Source: Obrimoposthia wandeli (taxonomy: Eukaryota). Taken from it: a stretch of DNA of 64,000 nucleotides. Where the stretch lies: contig CDROCS010000410.1 in NCBI GenBank assembly GCA_977020255.1, positions 310,001-374,000 of the forward strand, given 5' to 3'. This document shows positions 1-10,073 of the stretch, piece by piece. The notes below the pieces were generated by a model. It was not told where the DNA came from. It ran no database searches and saw only the letters and a program-made list of their open reading frames with translations. The position numbers and the translations under genes were made by a program. Within the stretch, counting starts at the first letter, position 1, and each line of letters opens with the position of its first letter.

Positions 1-168
1 CGTATCGATTTTGGTATGAGTGCGGATGACAGCGGGTTCTTCCTGACGTTCACTGAAGCTTTCTAGTTTGAACTCGACACCTTAAATTTTAATAGATTAA
101 AAATCTGTTAATAAAACAATAGTATAAAAAAACAATTTGAATTTAACACTTTGGACTCTTGCAATACC

Positions 169-1269
169 ATGAAATTAACAACACTTGCTCTATTAACAAC
201 CTTAACTACCCCGCTTGCTTTTGCAAACGATGCTGAACAGTTAGATCCACAATCAGATCAAGAATTAGATCAAGAATTAGATCAAAAATCAGCGGTTACT
301 ACATTAACGCCTGAAACATCTGCAGCGATTGATTCAAGTAATAATGCTCCGTCATTCCCTGAATCATTTAAGCCTCAAGGCGAAGCGGTATTAGGGTTAC
401 AATCACTTGAGTCTCAAACTATTGCCATTCAAGAAGAACATTGGAGTGGCTTACCTTTCTTAGGTAAGAAAGCGCGTGAAATGGGTTATCAACTCCCTAT
501 CCCACTGGGTTTTAATGTTTTTTATAACAAGCAAGAAGTAGCTTATGTTGCGCAAGATGATTTCAAATTAGGCTTGAAAGGCGAAAGAGCCGGGCGACCA
601 ACACATCGAGATCCGACCCCTGCACCTAAAGAAATTTCTGGTGATATAGCCATTGCAGCAGACAAGATTTCAATCACAGGCGAAGATGAAAGTGTACAAT
701 TAAAAGTAGATGCTTGGATCTTACCTTTCTGGAATGTTTACGGATTATTGGGTTACACCAAAGGTAATAAAGATATAGCCATGGATTTATCATCAATTGG
801 TATATCCCAACCGCTTGTATTACCAATTGAATACGAAGCTTATAATGTCGGTATTGGCCAAGTACTCGCAGGTCAAGTTGAAGTTATTCCAGGTATGCAT
901 CCATTCGTTTTTACTGCTGTAACAGCATTTACCAATTCATGGACAACAACCACAGATAGCACGATTCAGACGTATATTGGTTCATTCCGCGCTGGTCAAC
1001 GTTACGCAGTACCGGGTGGGCAATTAGCTGTATTACTTGGTTATAACTATCAATTAATAAACCAAAATATCACAGGTTCTTACTCGTTTGACTTACCTGA
1101 TGGTTATCTTGATGTTGACTATGATGTTGCGCTTAAGAGCCAAGAAACCAGTAACATGTCTGTAAGCATGGTTTACGACTTTGGTCCAAAACAAGAATGG
1201 AACATGTTCTTAGAATATGGTTTCTTAAACTGGAACCAAGTGATCTTCTCTGTAGGTCGTCGTTTCTAA
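169..1269 (+). CDS. Secreted hypothetical protein, probable outer-membrane beta-barrel
   Basis: Signal peptide MKLTTLALLTTLTTPLAFA from ATG 169 (track starts at TTG 151); alternating beta-strand pattern and C-terminal Phe (FSVGRRF). Confidence 0.6.
   Translation: MKLTTLALLTTLTTPLAFANDAEQLDPQSDQELDQELDQKSAVTTLTPETSAAIDSSNNAPSFPESFKPQGEAVLGLQSLESQTIAIQEEHWSGLPFLGKKAREMGYQLPIPLGFNVFYNKQEVAYVAQDDFKLGLKGERAGRPTHRDPTPAPKEISGDIAIAADKISITGEDESVQLKVDAWILPFWNVYGLLGYTKGNKDIAMDLSSIGISQPLVLPIEYEAYNVGIGQVLAGQVEVIPGMHPFVFTAVTAFTNSWTTTTDSTIQTYIGSFRAGQRYAVPGGQLAVLLGYNYQLINQNITGSYSFDLPDGYLDVDYDVALKSQETSNMSVSMVYDFGPKQEWNMFLEYGFLNWNQVIFSVGRRF
241..287 (+). repeat. 12-bp in-frame tandem repeat encoding DQEL repeats
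   Basis: gatcaagaatta occurs twice exactly, with degenerate flanking copies; protein reads LDPQSDQELDQELDQK. Confidence 0.8.
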
Positions 1270-1296
1270 TATCGACTTTACGAATGTATAGATAAT

Positions 1297-1353
1297 AAAA
1301 AGCCGTTGTTACTCTACTGTTATTTTAATTTCAGTAAGTAACAACGGCTTTTT
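1297..1353. terminator. Bidirectional intrinsic terminator
   Basis: Inverted repeat aaaagccgttgttact...agtaacaacggctttt with A/T tails between convergent genes. Confidence 0.8.
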
Positions 1354-1386
1354 AGTCTTAGCTAAACACTCAAATAAGTTTAAACC

Positions 1387-2406
1387 TTATTTTGAATTCT
1401 GCTCAGCTTTCTTCTTGGCTTTTTCAACACGACGTTCGTCAATGATGTGTTTAATCCCACCACCGATGTGTGACTCGCCACGTTTTTCAGCTAATTCCAT
1501 CTGACGTTCACGTTCAGCAAAACGGCTACGTTGCTCATCAGTCACTTTATCGTGACAACGATGACAGCTAAGGCCCTTCACGTAATGCTCACTTTGCAAT
1601 TCGTCTTGTGTTAACGGATAACGACAAGCGAAACACTGGTCACATTCGCCTTGCTCTAGATCGTGATTCACAGAAACACGGCCGTCGAATACAAAGCACT
1701 CGCCTTCCCACATGGTTTCTTCTTTTGGCACTTCTTCAAGATACTTAAGAATACCGCCTTCTAAGTGATAAACCTCGTCAAAACCTTGCTCTTTTAAATA
1801 AGCAGTCGATTTTTCACAACGAATACCACCAGTACAATACATAGCAACTTTCTTGTGTTTTTCTTTGTCTAAGTTGTTTTTAACATACTCAGGAAATTCA
1901 CGGAAAGTCGTTGTATTCGGGTTTACTGCGTTTTGGAATGTACCGATTTCAATTTCGTAATCGTTACGCGTATCAATCAAGATAACTTCCGGGTCAGAAA
2001 TAAGTGCGTTCCAATCTTTCGGCTGCACATAAGTACCCACAACTTGGTTAGGATCAATCCCTTCCACGCCCATCGTCACGATCTCTTTTTTCAACTTAAC
2101 CTTAGTACGCAAGAACGGGTTCTCATCGTTATAAGATTGTTTAACAGAGATTTCGCCCAGACTTGGGTCTTGAGATAAAAAGCTTAATACTGCATCAATA
2201 CCAGCTTGTGGCCCAGCAATAGTACCGTTGATACCCTCAGCCGCTAATAACAGCGTACCGCGAACATCTTGGCTTTCCATTTTTGCTAATAAAGGCGCGC
2301 GTAACGCTTCGAAGTTTTCTAAACGTACGAATTTGTATAATGCACAAACTGTAATTTGAGCGGTATTATTGGTCGTAATTGGTGCTGACATTTGGTAATT
2401 CCCCAT
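1387..2406 (-). CDS. trhO: tRNA U34 hydroxylase TrhO (YceA, rhodanese-domain)
   Basis: Motifs [49 protein letters not shown]; start may be at MSAP. Confidence 0.92.
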   Translation of the reverse strand: MGNYQMSAPITTNNTAQITVCALYKFVRLENFEALRAPLLAKMESQDVRGTLLLAAEGINGTIAGPQAGIDAVLSFLSQDPSLGEISVKQSYNDENPFLRTKVKLKKEIVTMGVEGIDPNQVVGTYVQPKDWNALISDPEVILIDTRNDYEIEIGTFQNAVNPNTTTFREFPEYVKNNLDKEKHKKVAMYCTGGIRCEKSTAYLKEQGFDEVYHLEGGILKYLEEVPKEETMWEGECFVFDGRVSVNHDLEQGECDQCFACRYPLTQDELQSEHYVKGLSCHRCHDKVTDEQRSRFAERERQMELAEKRGESHIGGGIKHIIDERRVEKAKKKAEQNSK

Positions 2407-2486
2407 TGAGCCAACTGGAACGTAAATCCAGAGCTGTAGATTAAGGCGGCGATGGTAACAGAAATGCGATATTACGACCAGTTAAA

Positions 2487-2500
2487 TTGATCTAGATCAA
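2487..2500. promoter_or_regulatory. FNR-type binding site upstream of trhO
   Basis: Perfect TTGAT-CTAG-ATCAA palindrome matching the FNR consensus TTGAT-N4-ATCAA. Confidence 0.65.
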
Positions 2501-2891
2501 TTCGATCGAATCGCAATGCCTCAACATCGCATCAATTAATAGTATGTTCTAGTCACGTCATGACTGTAATAATAAAATTAACATGTCATATTGACGATAT
2601 CGAAAGCATAATAATAACCACACAATTTACCTTACAGAATTTAACCCTGCTTTAACTCTACTTACAAATACACCTATTTACACCTTCATATGTAACCTTG
2701 AAACGAAACTTACACGTTCGCTTACGTATTTACACCAATGAAAAAACACGTAAACAGGTGATAAATCGAACAAATAGAACCTTTATTTGAGCATTTAAAC
2801 TTTCGAATGGTGATAATTCTATGCATGTCACATTTCGTTTATATAATCTCCCTTATTATCTCGCCATCATTTAGTTGCAGAAAGGTTAACA

Positions 2892-3641
2892 ATGAAAAGA
2901 TTGATTGCTCATCGTGGAATGTCATCACTGGCTCCAGAAAATACATTAGCCGCATTTTCTTTATGTAAAGAACATAATATCCAATGGTTCGAATGTGACG
3001 TGGATATTTTAAAAGACGGTACGATCATTGTTTCTCATGACGATACACTCGACCGTTGTACTGATAAGAGCGGTCAATTATGTAAAATCAGCCATGCCGA
3101 TATCGAAAATATCGATGCAGGTAGTTGGTTTGCAGATGAATTCATTGGTGAAAAACTACCGACCCTGCAAGAGTTAATTGCATTAGCCAATAAACTTGAA
3201 CTAAACATGAACATCGAACTTAAATCATGCGCGGCAAGTGCTGCGTTAAGTTATACCATGATTGATAACTTAATTGCCGGTTTGAAAGATCTGAACCCTG
3301 AGCGTGAGTTAATCGTATCAAGCTTCAACCACCTTGCACTTACCGAATTTAAACGCCGTAGCCCAGAGACACAAGTGGCTTGTTTATTTGAAAGCCATAC
3401 CTTGTGGGACGATTGGAACTCAATCCTAGATTGGTGTAATGCAGATTACATCCACCCAGAAGACAAAGGTTTGACGCAAGAAATGGTACACAAATTTAAA
3501 GCCGCTGGTTTTAAAGTAAACGTCTGGACGGTAAACGACCTTGCCCGTGCCAATCAACTATTCAACTGGGGCGTTGACGGTATTTGTACCGATATCGCTC
3601 ATAAATTCCCATCAAAATACAAAATGTTAGGTAATAAATAA
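2892..3641 (+). CDS. ugpQ: Glycerophosphodiester phosphodiesterase (cytoplasmic UgpQ type)
   Basis: IAHRG...APENTLAAF, ECDV, HDDTLDR, NIELK, VWTVN, GICTD; no signal peptide. Confidence 0.88.
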   Translation: MKRLIAHRGMSSLAPENTLAAFSLCKEHNIQWFECDVDILKDGTIIVSHDDTLDRCTDKSGQLCKISHADIENIDAGSWFADEFIGEKLPTLQELIALANKLELNMNIELKSCAASAALSYTMIDNLIAGLKDLNPERELIVSSFNHLALTEFKRRSPETQVACLFESHTLWDDWNSILDWCNADYIHPEDKGLTQEMVHKFKAAGFKVNVWTVNDLARANQLFNWGVDGICTDIAHKFPSKYKMLGNK

Positions 3642-4942
3642 TGAGCTTATTAAGCAAAATTGGTTTCGACTCAAAAAGCCGTTTTTACGGTTTCTTGTCT
3701 GTCGTGCTATCAGGACAAATCATCTACTCTGCTTTTGAAGCATTTAAAGGTACGTTTTATAACTTACTGCTAGAAGTGTTAAGCATCGACAATACACAGA
3801 TGGGTGTATTATTTACCTTAATCGGTTCTGCGATGTTCTTCTATATCCCAGCTGGTTGGGTAAATAACCGTTTCTCTGTGCGCTCTATTTTAATGACCAG
3901 TATGTTTATCCGATTCTTGAGCATGATGGTCATTATCATTTTCCAACCACAGTTTAGTGTGTTAATCGTGATAGCTGGTCTTTGGGGTCTAATCGACGCT
4001 ATCTTCTGGCCAGCGGTTGTTAACGGCGTGAACTTAATGTCAGGCGATAACAACAAGGGCATGGCATTTGGTTTATTAGAATCTATCCGTCGTGCAACAG
4101 AAATGAGCATGAACGCGATTATCGTTGGTATCATGGCGCTAGTGAGTGGTTCAATCTTGGTTTTCCAAGGTGCGATCGTATTCTATACCCTGCTTATCCT
4201 GCCAATGATTTTCTGTGTATGGAAATTCGTACCAGACAATCAACTAGAAGTTAAAGAAGGCGAAAGTAAAAACAAAGCGGCATTACAAGGTTTGTTCTAT
4301 GTTTTGAAAATGCCAACAGTATGGTTAGCGGCGCTGACTTCGCTAACAGTTTACTGGACTTACATTACGCTTATCTACACAGTACCGTACTTACAAGCAG
4401 TATTCGGTTTAACAACGGCAGAAGCGGCTATCTTCGGTATCATTAATACTGGTGCGATGGGTGTTGTTGCGGGTCTTGTTGCTGGTTCAATCGCTGACTT
4501 TGTATTCAAGTCATCGATTAAAATGATGTTGTGTGCACTGGGTCTTACCGTTATCTGTTTAGGTATTACCATTATGCTACCAAAATCAGCAGAAATGTTG
4601 GTAATGAACATGGTTCTACTTATGTGTTTCTCGTTTAGTATCTTCTTAGCAAAAGGCATTATCTTAGCGCCGATTGCTGAAGCAGGTGTACCAAAAGAAT
4701 TCAGTGGCGCGGCGATGAGTGTTGGTTCATTCGCAGCTTATGCTTCTGTATTCTGGGCTTACGCACTAAACGGTTGGATCATTGATACTTACCCTGCGAT
4801 TGAAGCTTACCAAATGATCTTTGGTATTGGTTTGAGTGTATCGGCATTTGGTATGTTCACTGCAATTTGTCTGCTGTTATTAAAACGCAAACAAGGTAAT
4901 GGTGATGGCGATATCTCTGCAGATGACGCAACACTAGCTTAA
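3641..4942 (+). CDS. MFS transporter, translationally coupled to the phosphodiesterase
   Basis: About 12 hydrophobic segments, MFS loop motif GWVNNRFSVR; TAATG stop/start overlap. Confidence 0.85.
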   Translation: MSLLSKIGFDSKSRFYGFLSVVLSGQIIYSAFEAFKGTFYNLLLEVLSIDNTQMGVLFTLIGSAMFFYIPAGWVNNRFSVRSILMTSMFIRFLSMMVIIIFQPQFSVLIVIAGLWGLIDAIFWPAVVNGVNLMSGDNNKGMAFGLLESIRRATEMSMNAIIVGIMALVSGSILVFQGAIVFYTLLILPMIFCVWKFVPDNQLEVKEGESKNKAALQGLFYVLKMPTVWLAALTSLTVYWTYITLIYTVPYLQAVFGLTTAEAAIFGIINTGAMGVVAGLVAGSIADFVFKSSIKMMLCALGLTVICLGITIMLPKSAEMLVMNMVLLMCFSFSIFLAKGIILAPIAEAGVPKEFSGAAMSVGSFAAYASVFWAYALNGWIIDTYPAIEAYQMIFGIGLSVSAFGMFTAICLLLLKRKQGNGDGDISADDATLA

Positions 4943-4959
4943 TATTTGCATCTAAAAAT

Positions 4960-4989
4960 AAAATAGCCGCAATAATTGCGGCTATTTTT
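4960..4989 (+). terminator. Intrinsic terminator
   Basis: aaaatagccgc-aataatt-gcggctatttt. Confidence 0.85.
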
Positions 4990-5056
4990 AAAGCGCTGTA
5001 CACTTAATAATTAAAAGACTCTTAATTATTAAAATAAAAAGTAGCGGCCAGACAAT

Positions 5057-5404
5057 ATGATATTCAATCATTTCAAAATTTTATTCATCTTTATTACTGC
5101 TTTAACACTTACCTCTTGTAGCTTATTCGATATCCAGCCACTCGATGACACAACCAACGTCATTAAGATTTATGATGCATACGCACACCTAGAACAATGT
5201 ACATTCGTTGATGAATTAGTCGGCTCTGAAGGGACTTGGTACAACTATCTATTTATTTCCAACAAAGACCTCACGCTTGGCAGTATTCATGATTTAAAAA
5301 ATCAAGCCAATTCTATGGGTGCTAACGCTATTCACATTCAATATAACTTGAGCTTTAATACATCAGTAACCTTTTTCGCTCAAGCCTATCATTGCGCGCA
5401 ATAA
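5057..5404 (+). CDS. Small lipoprotein (DUF4156-like)
   Basis: Lipobox LTSC; C..VDELVGSEG and DLKNQANSMGANAI..AQAYHC pattern. Confidence 0.65.
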   Translation: MIFNHFKILFIFITALTLTSCSLFDIQPLDDTTNVIKIYDAYAHLEQCTFVDELVGSEGTWYNYLFISNKDLTLGSIHDLKNQANSMGANAIHIQYNLSFNTSVTFFAQAYHCAQ

Positions 5405-5414
5405 TAATTATAGT

Positions 5415-5837
5415 TTATGCCACCGTCATGATATGTACCGTCGTTTGAATTAACAGTACTAGCATTGTCACTAAAGACAGCGCAAACGCGCGTAAACGAT
5501 ATGGAATATAATTAGTTCCGACATGTACATAGGCATGGATATACCTAAACACCACGTACGCAACTGACAATCCAATCGCAAAACTATTCACCGCGCCCAC
5601 CAGCACTGTAATGATACATAAGCCGTAAAATACCAGCGGAGATTCAAACTGATTATCTAAGTTATTAGATACTTGCACCACATCTTCCGGCCAAGCTTTG
5701 TTGTTTAACGCGGTTTTATTAAAATCGACGGCCTTGGCTTTAATCGCTTTTGATTTACGCATAATCAACAAAATATACAGTGATATAACTAACAGCATAT
5801 GCCCAAGTAGTGGATATAAAATGGCTATTCCATCCAT
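5415..5837 (-). CDS. MAPEG family membrane protein
   Basis: NNLDNQFESPLVFY, YVVFRYIHAYVH, four TM segments. Confidence 0.85.
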   Translation of the reverse strand: MDGIAILYPLLGHMLLVISLYILLIMRKSKAIKAKAVDFNKTALNNKAWPEDVVQVSNNLDNQFESPLVFYGLCIITVLVGAVNSFAIGLSVAYVVFRYIHAYVHVGTNYIPYRLRAFALSLVTMLVLLIQTTVHIMTVA

Positions 5838-5986
5838 CGTGCCCTTCCCTTTTGTCTAAATTAGATAGCACTAGATATAAAGTAAAAACCAGACGATGGG
5901 AAATGATTAATCACAATTGAATTAGATAAGTGAGGAAAAAGTGACCGGGGTCGAATAAAGAATTGAATAAATAGAAAGGTTTAAAA

Positions 5987-6019
5987 ACAAAAAAGCCCCA
6001 GTAAAAACAGAGGCTTTAG
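5987..6019 (-). terminator. Intrinsic terminator after grcA
   Basis: Minus strand aaagcctctg-ttttta-ctggggcttttttg followed by a U tract. Confidence 0.7.
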
Positions 6020-6075
6020 GGACGTAATTAAGTCATACCGTTAAACGGATCTTTAAACCACGTCACGAAATAGCA

Positions 6076-6462
6076 TTACATTGTTTTAGAGAATGTACGG
6101 CTGATAACGTCTTGTTGCTGTTCAGGTGTTAATGAGTTAAAACGCACAGCGTAACCCGATACACGGATTGTCAACTGTGGGTAAGCACTTGGATTTTTAA
6201 TTGCATCTTCAAGTGTTTCACGTGTTAATACGTTCACGTTTAAGTGTTGACCACCTTCAATTTTTGCCGGTTCTTCAATAGCCACATCACGTGACTCAAA
6301 GTTACCCAGTTCAGCTAAAGTAACAACTGCGTCTTGAGCAATAAAATCGTCTACCGTACCAATGCATCTTGCTTGTTCAGCACTGTTATCAATGAGCCAA
6401 ATTGAATTATTAAGACGCTGATCGTCAGCTTTAGTGATTTGAATACCTTGTAATTTACTCAT
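6076..6462 (-). CDS. grcA: Autonomous glycyl radical cofactor GrcA (YfiD)
   Basis: GGQHLNVNV...[31 protein letters not shown]; probable start ATG 6462 (MSKLQG). Confidence 0.95.
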   Translation of the reverse strand: MSKLQGIQITKADDQRLNNSIWLIDNSAEQARCIGTVDDFIAQDAVVTLAELGNFESRDVAIEEPAKIEGGQHLNVNVLTRETLEDAIKNPSAYPQLTIRVSGYAVRFNSLTPEQQQDVISRTFSKTM

Positions 6463-6615
6463 TGTTCTACCTTCTTGTTGTATGGATAACCTCACCATAC
6501 AACAAGAAACCTTAGTTATACAAGGGTTAAGAGTAAATAAATTAATACTTTATGGGTAGTTTGAATTTCTGTGTATATTAAGTTAAAAATGCGTTAACCC
6601 ACAGTCTTCCCCCTG

Positions 6616-7185
6616 TTAAAATACACGTTTTCTAACACTCCTAAAAACATCTTGGCAGCTTACCAGCCAGTGTGGTACCGCAGCACCACACCCTGCAGAT
6701 TTTACTCGCGGATGAGTTTTCATTATTACCCTAAAATTATGTTCTTGAACTGGGTCAACATCGACAAACAAGATATGCTTACCTTTTTTTAGTAATTGTT
6801 GAAATCGAGCAAAGCGCGTATTCGGTTTCTTAAAACCTAAGAAGCCCCCTTCCCCAGTACAAAAAATGAAACTACATAATGCTATTAATATAAATATTTC
6901 CCAGCCAATAGCCGCTGTGTGCCACCCTGAAAAATAAGGTACGATTAATGTAAGCAGTGCAATAAAACCACCAATAACAGCGCCAAATCCCAGTCCTTGA
7001 AGCACGTTTTGTTTAAATACAGGCTCGACGTTATTTAATTTATGTTCAGAAATACTGACATTATCTAAGCTTAATACGTGGATTTGAGGTTCGGTAAACC
7101 CCTCTTCTTCAAGTTCCTTTTCAACCCTAACTAATTCATTCAGGTCATCTGCTATGTAATAGTGTCTTAACATATGATTCACCAC
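6616..7185 (-). CDS. Conserved hypothetical membrane protein
   Basis: Two TM segments with Gly-rich motifs, GKHILFVDVD; no function recognised. Confidence 0.6.
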   Translation of the reverse strand: MVNHMLRHYYIADDLNELVRVEKELEEEGFTEPQIHVLSLDNVSISEHKLNNVEPVFKQNVLQGLGFGAVIGGFIALLTLIVPYFSGWHTAAIGWEIFILIALCSFIFCTGEGGFLGFKKPNTRFARFQQLLKKGKHILFVDVDPVQEHNFRVIMKTHPRVKSAGCGAAVPHWLVSCQDVFRSVRKRVF

Positions 7186-7463
7186 CTAATACATCTGTAA
7201 TCATGACAATAAAACGTATTTACTTGCTAAACCTTAGTTTGCTTATGCGTATAAGTGAAGTATACGAGTAAAATAAATGCATTGCATAAATTATGTAGAC
7301 GACATTAACTGCTGTTATCTAACCGCATGAATACGCTTAATATCAATAATGTCTAAAATCTAGATTTTATTAAACATTTATTCCATATTTATAGCCTCCG
7401 TATTCCATACTTATTAAATAAACTGGGTGTAACCAAATAAAATATAAAGGAATGGAATCTAAT

Positions 7464-9008
7464 ATGATATTTAAAGCAAAGCAGCCGTTAACACTCGCAG
7501 TAATGTTATCCCTACCATTAGCGTTATCAGGATGTAACGACAGTAGTTCAGATAGCGAATCAAGTGGCAACAATATTGAACCAACTGAATCAGACATTTC
7601 ATTACAAACTGTCATCGATGATAAAAATCTTGCTCGTTCAGCGATAGCAAACCGCGATATTCCTTCTATCACGTCTCCGCTTGCTAACTTGGGTAAAAAA
7701 CTGTTTTTTAGTCAAAGCCTCGGTGGTGATCTTGATAGTGCGTGTGCCAGTTGTCATCATCCAACACTTGGTGGTGCTGATGCGCTGAGCCTGCCGATAG
7801 GGGTTGAATCTATTAACCCCCAGGTGCTGGGTCAAGGACGAGAAAACCATAGCGGCATCCCTGTTGTTCCTCGTAACAGCCCAACTATATTCAATGTCGC
7901 GTTATGGGATAGTAGTTTATTTTGGGATTCTCGTGTCGAAAGCTTAGGTAAAGAAAATAATCAAAATGGGGCCGCGTCTGGCATCAGTACACCTGACAGT
8001 GGCTTTGGTGTCGCCGATAGTAAAGCAGGGTCGAACTTAGTGACTGCTCAAGCAAGATTTCCAGTTACTTCAAATGAAGAGATGAAAACAGCAGGCTTTG
8101 AAGCTGGTAATAATAACGAGGTTATTCGCGAGCATCTCGCTGCACGTTTAGGTGATTATGACGAAGGCGCTGGCGAGTTAGCCCGTAATCAATGGTTAGC
8201 CGAATTCCAAACTGCATTTAACAGTAATGCCAACGCCGAAGGTTTAGTTACATTTGACAATATTGCAGAGGCGATTGGTGAATATGAACGCTCAATGGTC
8301 TTTATCAATTCGCCTTGGCGTAATTATCTCGATGGCGATATTGCCGCGTTATCAGAACAGCAAAAACAAGGGGCGCTATTATTCTTTAATGCACCTGAAG
8401 ATGGTGGTTCGGGTTGCTCAGCCTGTCACAGCGGGCCGCTATTAAGTGACGAACGCCATAACATTGTCGCCTACCCACAGATAGGTGTCGGTAAAGGCGA
8501 TGGCACAAACAGCGATGATGACTTTGGTCGTGAACGTGTCACCGGTGATAACCAAGACAGATATAATTTCCGTACACCGAGTTTATTAAACATCACTACA
8601 ACAGCACCTTATGGCCATGCAGGTGCCTTTGATTCACTTGAGAGAGTCGTGCGTCATTATAACAATCCAAATCGTAGTATTAGTGATTTCGTAAATGATA
8701 ATGAATGGTGTCAGTTAGTCCAATTTGATAATGTCGCCAATTGTACAAACCTGTACCCGAATGTACGAATGAATGGCCAACTTGCGTTAGATAAGCTCGA
8801 CGATGAGCGCCAAAATGGCACGTCACGACTGCCTAATATCAACTTAAATAATGACGAAGTTGATCAGTTGGTGGCTTTTCTTGAAAGTTTGACAGATCCT
8901 TGTATTGAAGACCGTGATTGTCTTGCGGCTTGGATTGCGGATGAAACCAATGATAACCCAGATGACCAGGTGCTGATTGCGACTGATGTGAATGGCAATC
9001 CATTATAA
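7464..9008 (+). CDS. Di-heme cytochrome c peroxidase / MauG-family lipoprotein
   Basis: Lipobox LSGC; two heme motifs CASCH and CSACH; PRNSPT, FWDSR, FRTPSLLN...APYGHAG. Confidence 0.85.
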   Translation: MIFKAKQPLTLAVMLSLPLALSGCNDSSSDSESSGNNIEPTESDISLQTVIDDKNLARSAIANRDIPSITSPLANLGKKLFFSQSLGGDLDSACASCHHPTLGGADALSLPIGVESINPQVLGQGRENHSGIPVVPRNSPTIFNVALWDSSLFWDSRVESLGKENNQNGAASGISTPDSGFGVADSKAGSNLVTAQARFPVTSNEEMKTAGFEAGNNNEVIREHLAARLGDYDEGAGELARNQWLAEFQTAFNSNANAEGLVTFDNIAEAIGEYERSMVFINSPWRNYLDGDIAALSEQQKQGALLFFNAPEDGGSGCSACHSGPLLSDERHNIVAYPQIGVGKGDGTNSDDDFGRERVTGDNQDRYNFRTPSLLNITTTAPYGHAGAFDSLERVVRHYNNPNRSISDFVNDNEWCQLVQFDNVANCTNLYPNVRMNGQLALDKLDDERQNGTSRLPNINLNNDEVDQLVAFLESLTDPCIEDRDCLAAWIADETNDNPDDQVLIATDVNGNPL

Positions 9009-9024
9009 CGGTTAACACTGGATT

Positions 9025-9070
9025 GTACTGAGTAGTACTGAGTAGTACTGAGTAGTACCGAGTAGTATTG
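9025..9070. repeat. 10-bp intergenic tandem repeat
   Basis: agtagtactg twice, then agtagtaccg and agtagtattg. Confidence 0.9.
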
Positions 9071-9311
9071 GATAACACTGAACTTTAATTTGTGCAGCTA
9101 GCTCAAACCATACAGAGCTAGGATGCGAGATAATATGTGAACTAAGGCGTAAATTGAACACACAGTTATAGCCTTAGATCACAAAAACAATGGCCACTGA
9201 AACAAGAAAAAACACACGTGACTCACGCTACAAATCTGAAATGACAGTTATGCTAAATTAACACCTTAATGGCTATTATATAAATACCCACCTCAATTTA
9301 AGGTTTAGAAC

Positions 9312-10073
9312 ATGGATGATTTCATTACGTCACTTGTAGATAATAATATTTTAACCTTAATCATAAATCGCCCTAAAGCGCGTAATGCGTTAAACCAAGC
9401 AATGTATTTATCACTTGCGCAGGGGTTAGAGCAAGCGCAACAAGACGAGTTCATTCGCGTCGTATTAATTAAAGCCACAAATGATATCTTTTGTGCCGGT
9501 AATGACATGCAAGATTTTCAAGCGATGTCAGAAGGTAAACCAGACCAACATGGCGCTCGGTTTATGCGCGCCTTAATTAATTGTGATAAACCCATCGTAG
9601 CAGCAGTTAACGGGCCAGCCATTGGCGTTGGCACAACCTTATTACAATTCGTCGATTTCCTATATCTATCACCAAAAGCAATGTTCCAAACCCCTTTCAT
9701 CGCGATGGGATTATGCCCTGAACTTGGTTCAAGTGAATTACTCGCTCAACATATTGGTATACGTAAAGCCAAAGCGATGTTACTTGCTGGCGAGCGCATG
9801 TTAGCAGATGAGGCGGTAACTCTCGGTTTTGCTAATCAGGTATGTGAATCGGCTGATGATATCGCTACGGCAAAAGCGGAAAGTCTTGCTAGGTTAGCGC
9901 CAATAGCGATGCGCACCAGTAAAGCAATGCTAATGAAAGCATCTCGACCTAAGCTGTTGGCACTAATCGAATATGAAAATAAAAACCTCGCGCATTTAGT
10001 CACCCAACCCGAGTCTCGCGAAGCGGTTAACGCTTTTATGGAAAAACGCCAACCAGACTTTAGTTGTTGTTAA
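9312..10073 (+). CDS. Enoyl-CoA hydratase/isomerase (crotonase family)
   Basis: INRPKARNAL, FCAGNDM, AAVNGPAIGVG, GLCPELG, AFMEKRQP. Confidence 0.9.
   Translation: MDDFITSLVDNNILTLIINRPKARNALNQAMYLSLAQGLEQAQQDEFIRVVLIKATNDIFCAGNDMQDFQAMSEGKPDQHGARFMRALINCDKPIVAAVNGPAIGVGTTLLQFVDFLYLSPKAMFQTPFIAMGLCPELGSSELLAQHIGIRKAKAMLLAGERMLADEAVTLGFANQVCESADDIATAKAESLARLAPIAMRTSKAMLMKASRPKLLALIEYENKNLAHLVTQPESREAVNAFMEKRQPDFSCC

Noticed and set aside
2409-2435. Riboswitch-like hairpin in the trhO leader
   Set aside because: Only a 5-bp core stem (ctgga/tccag); too weak without covariation data
2555-2595. Pho box upstream of the phosphodiesterase
   Set aside because: TGTCAT-like half sites are not spaced at the 11-bp period
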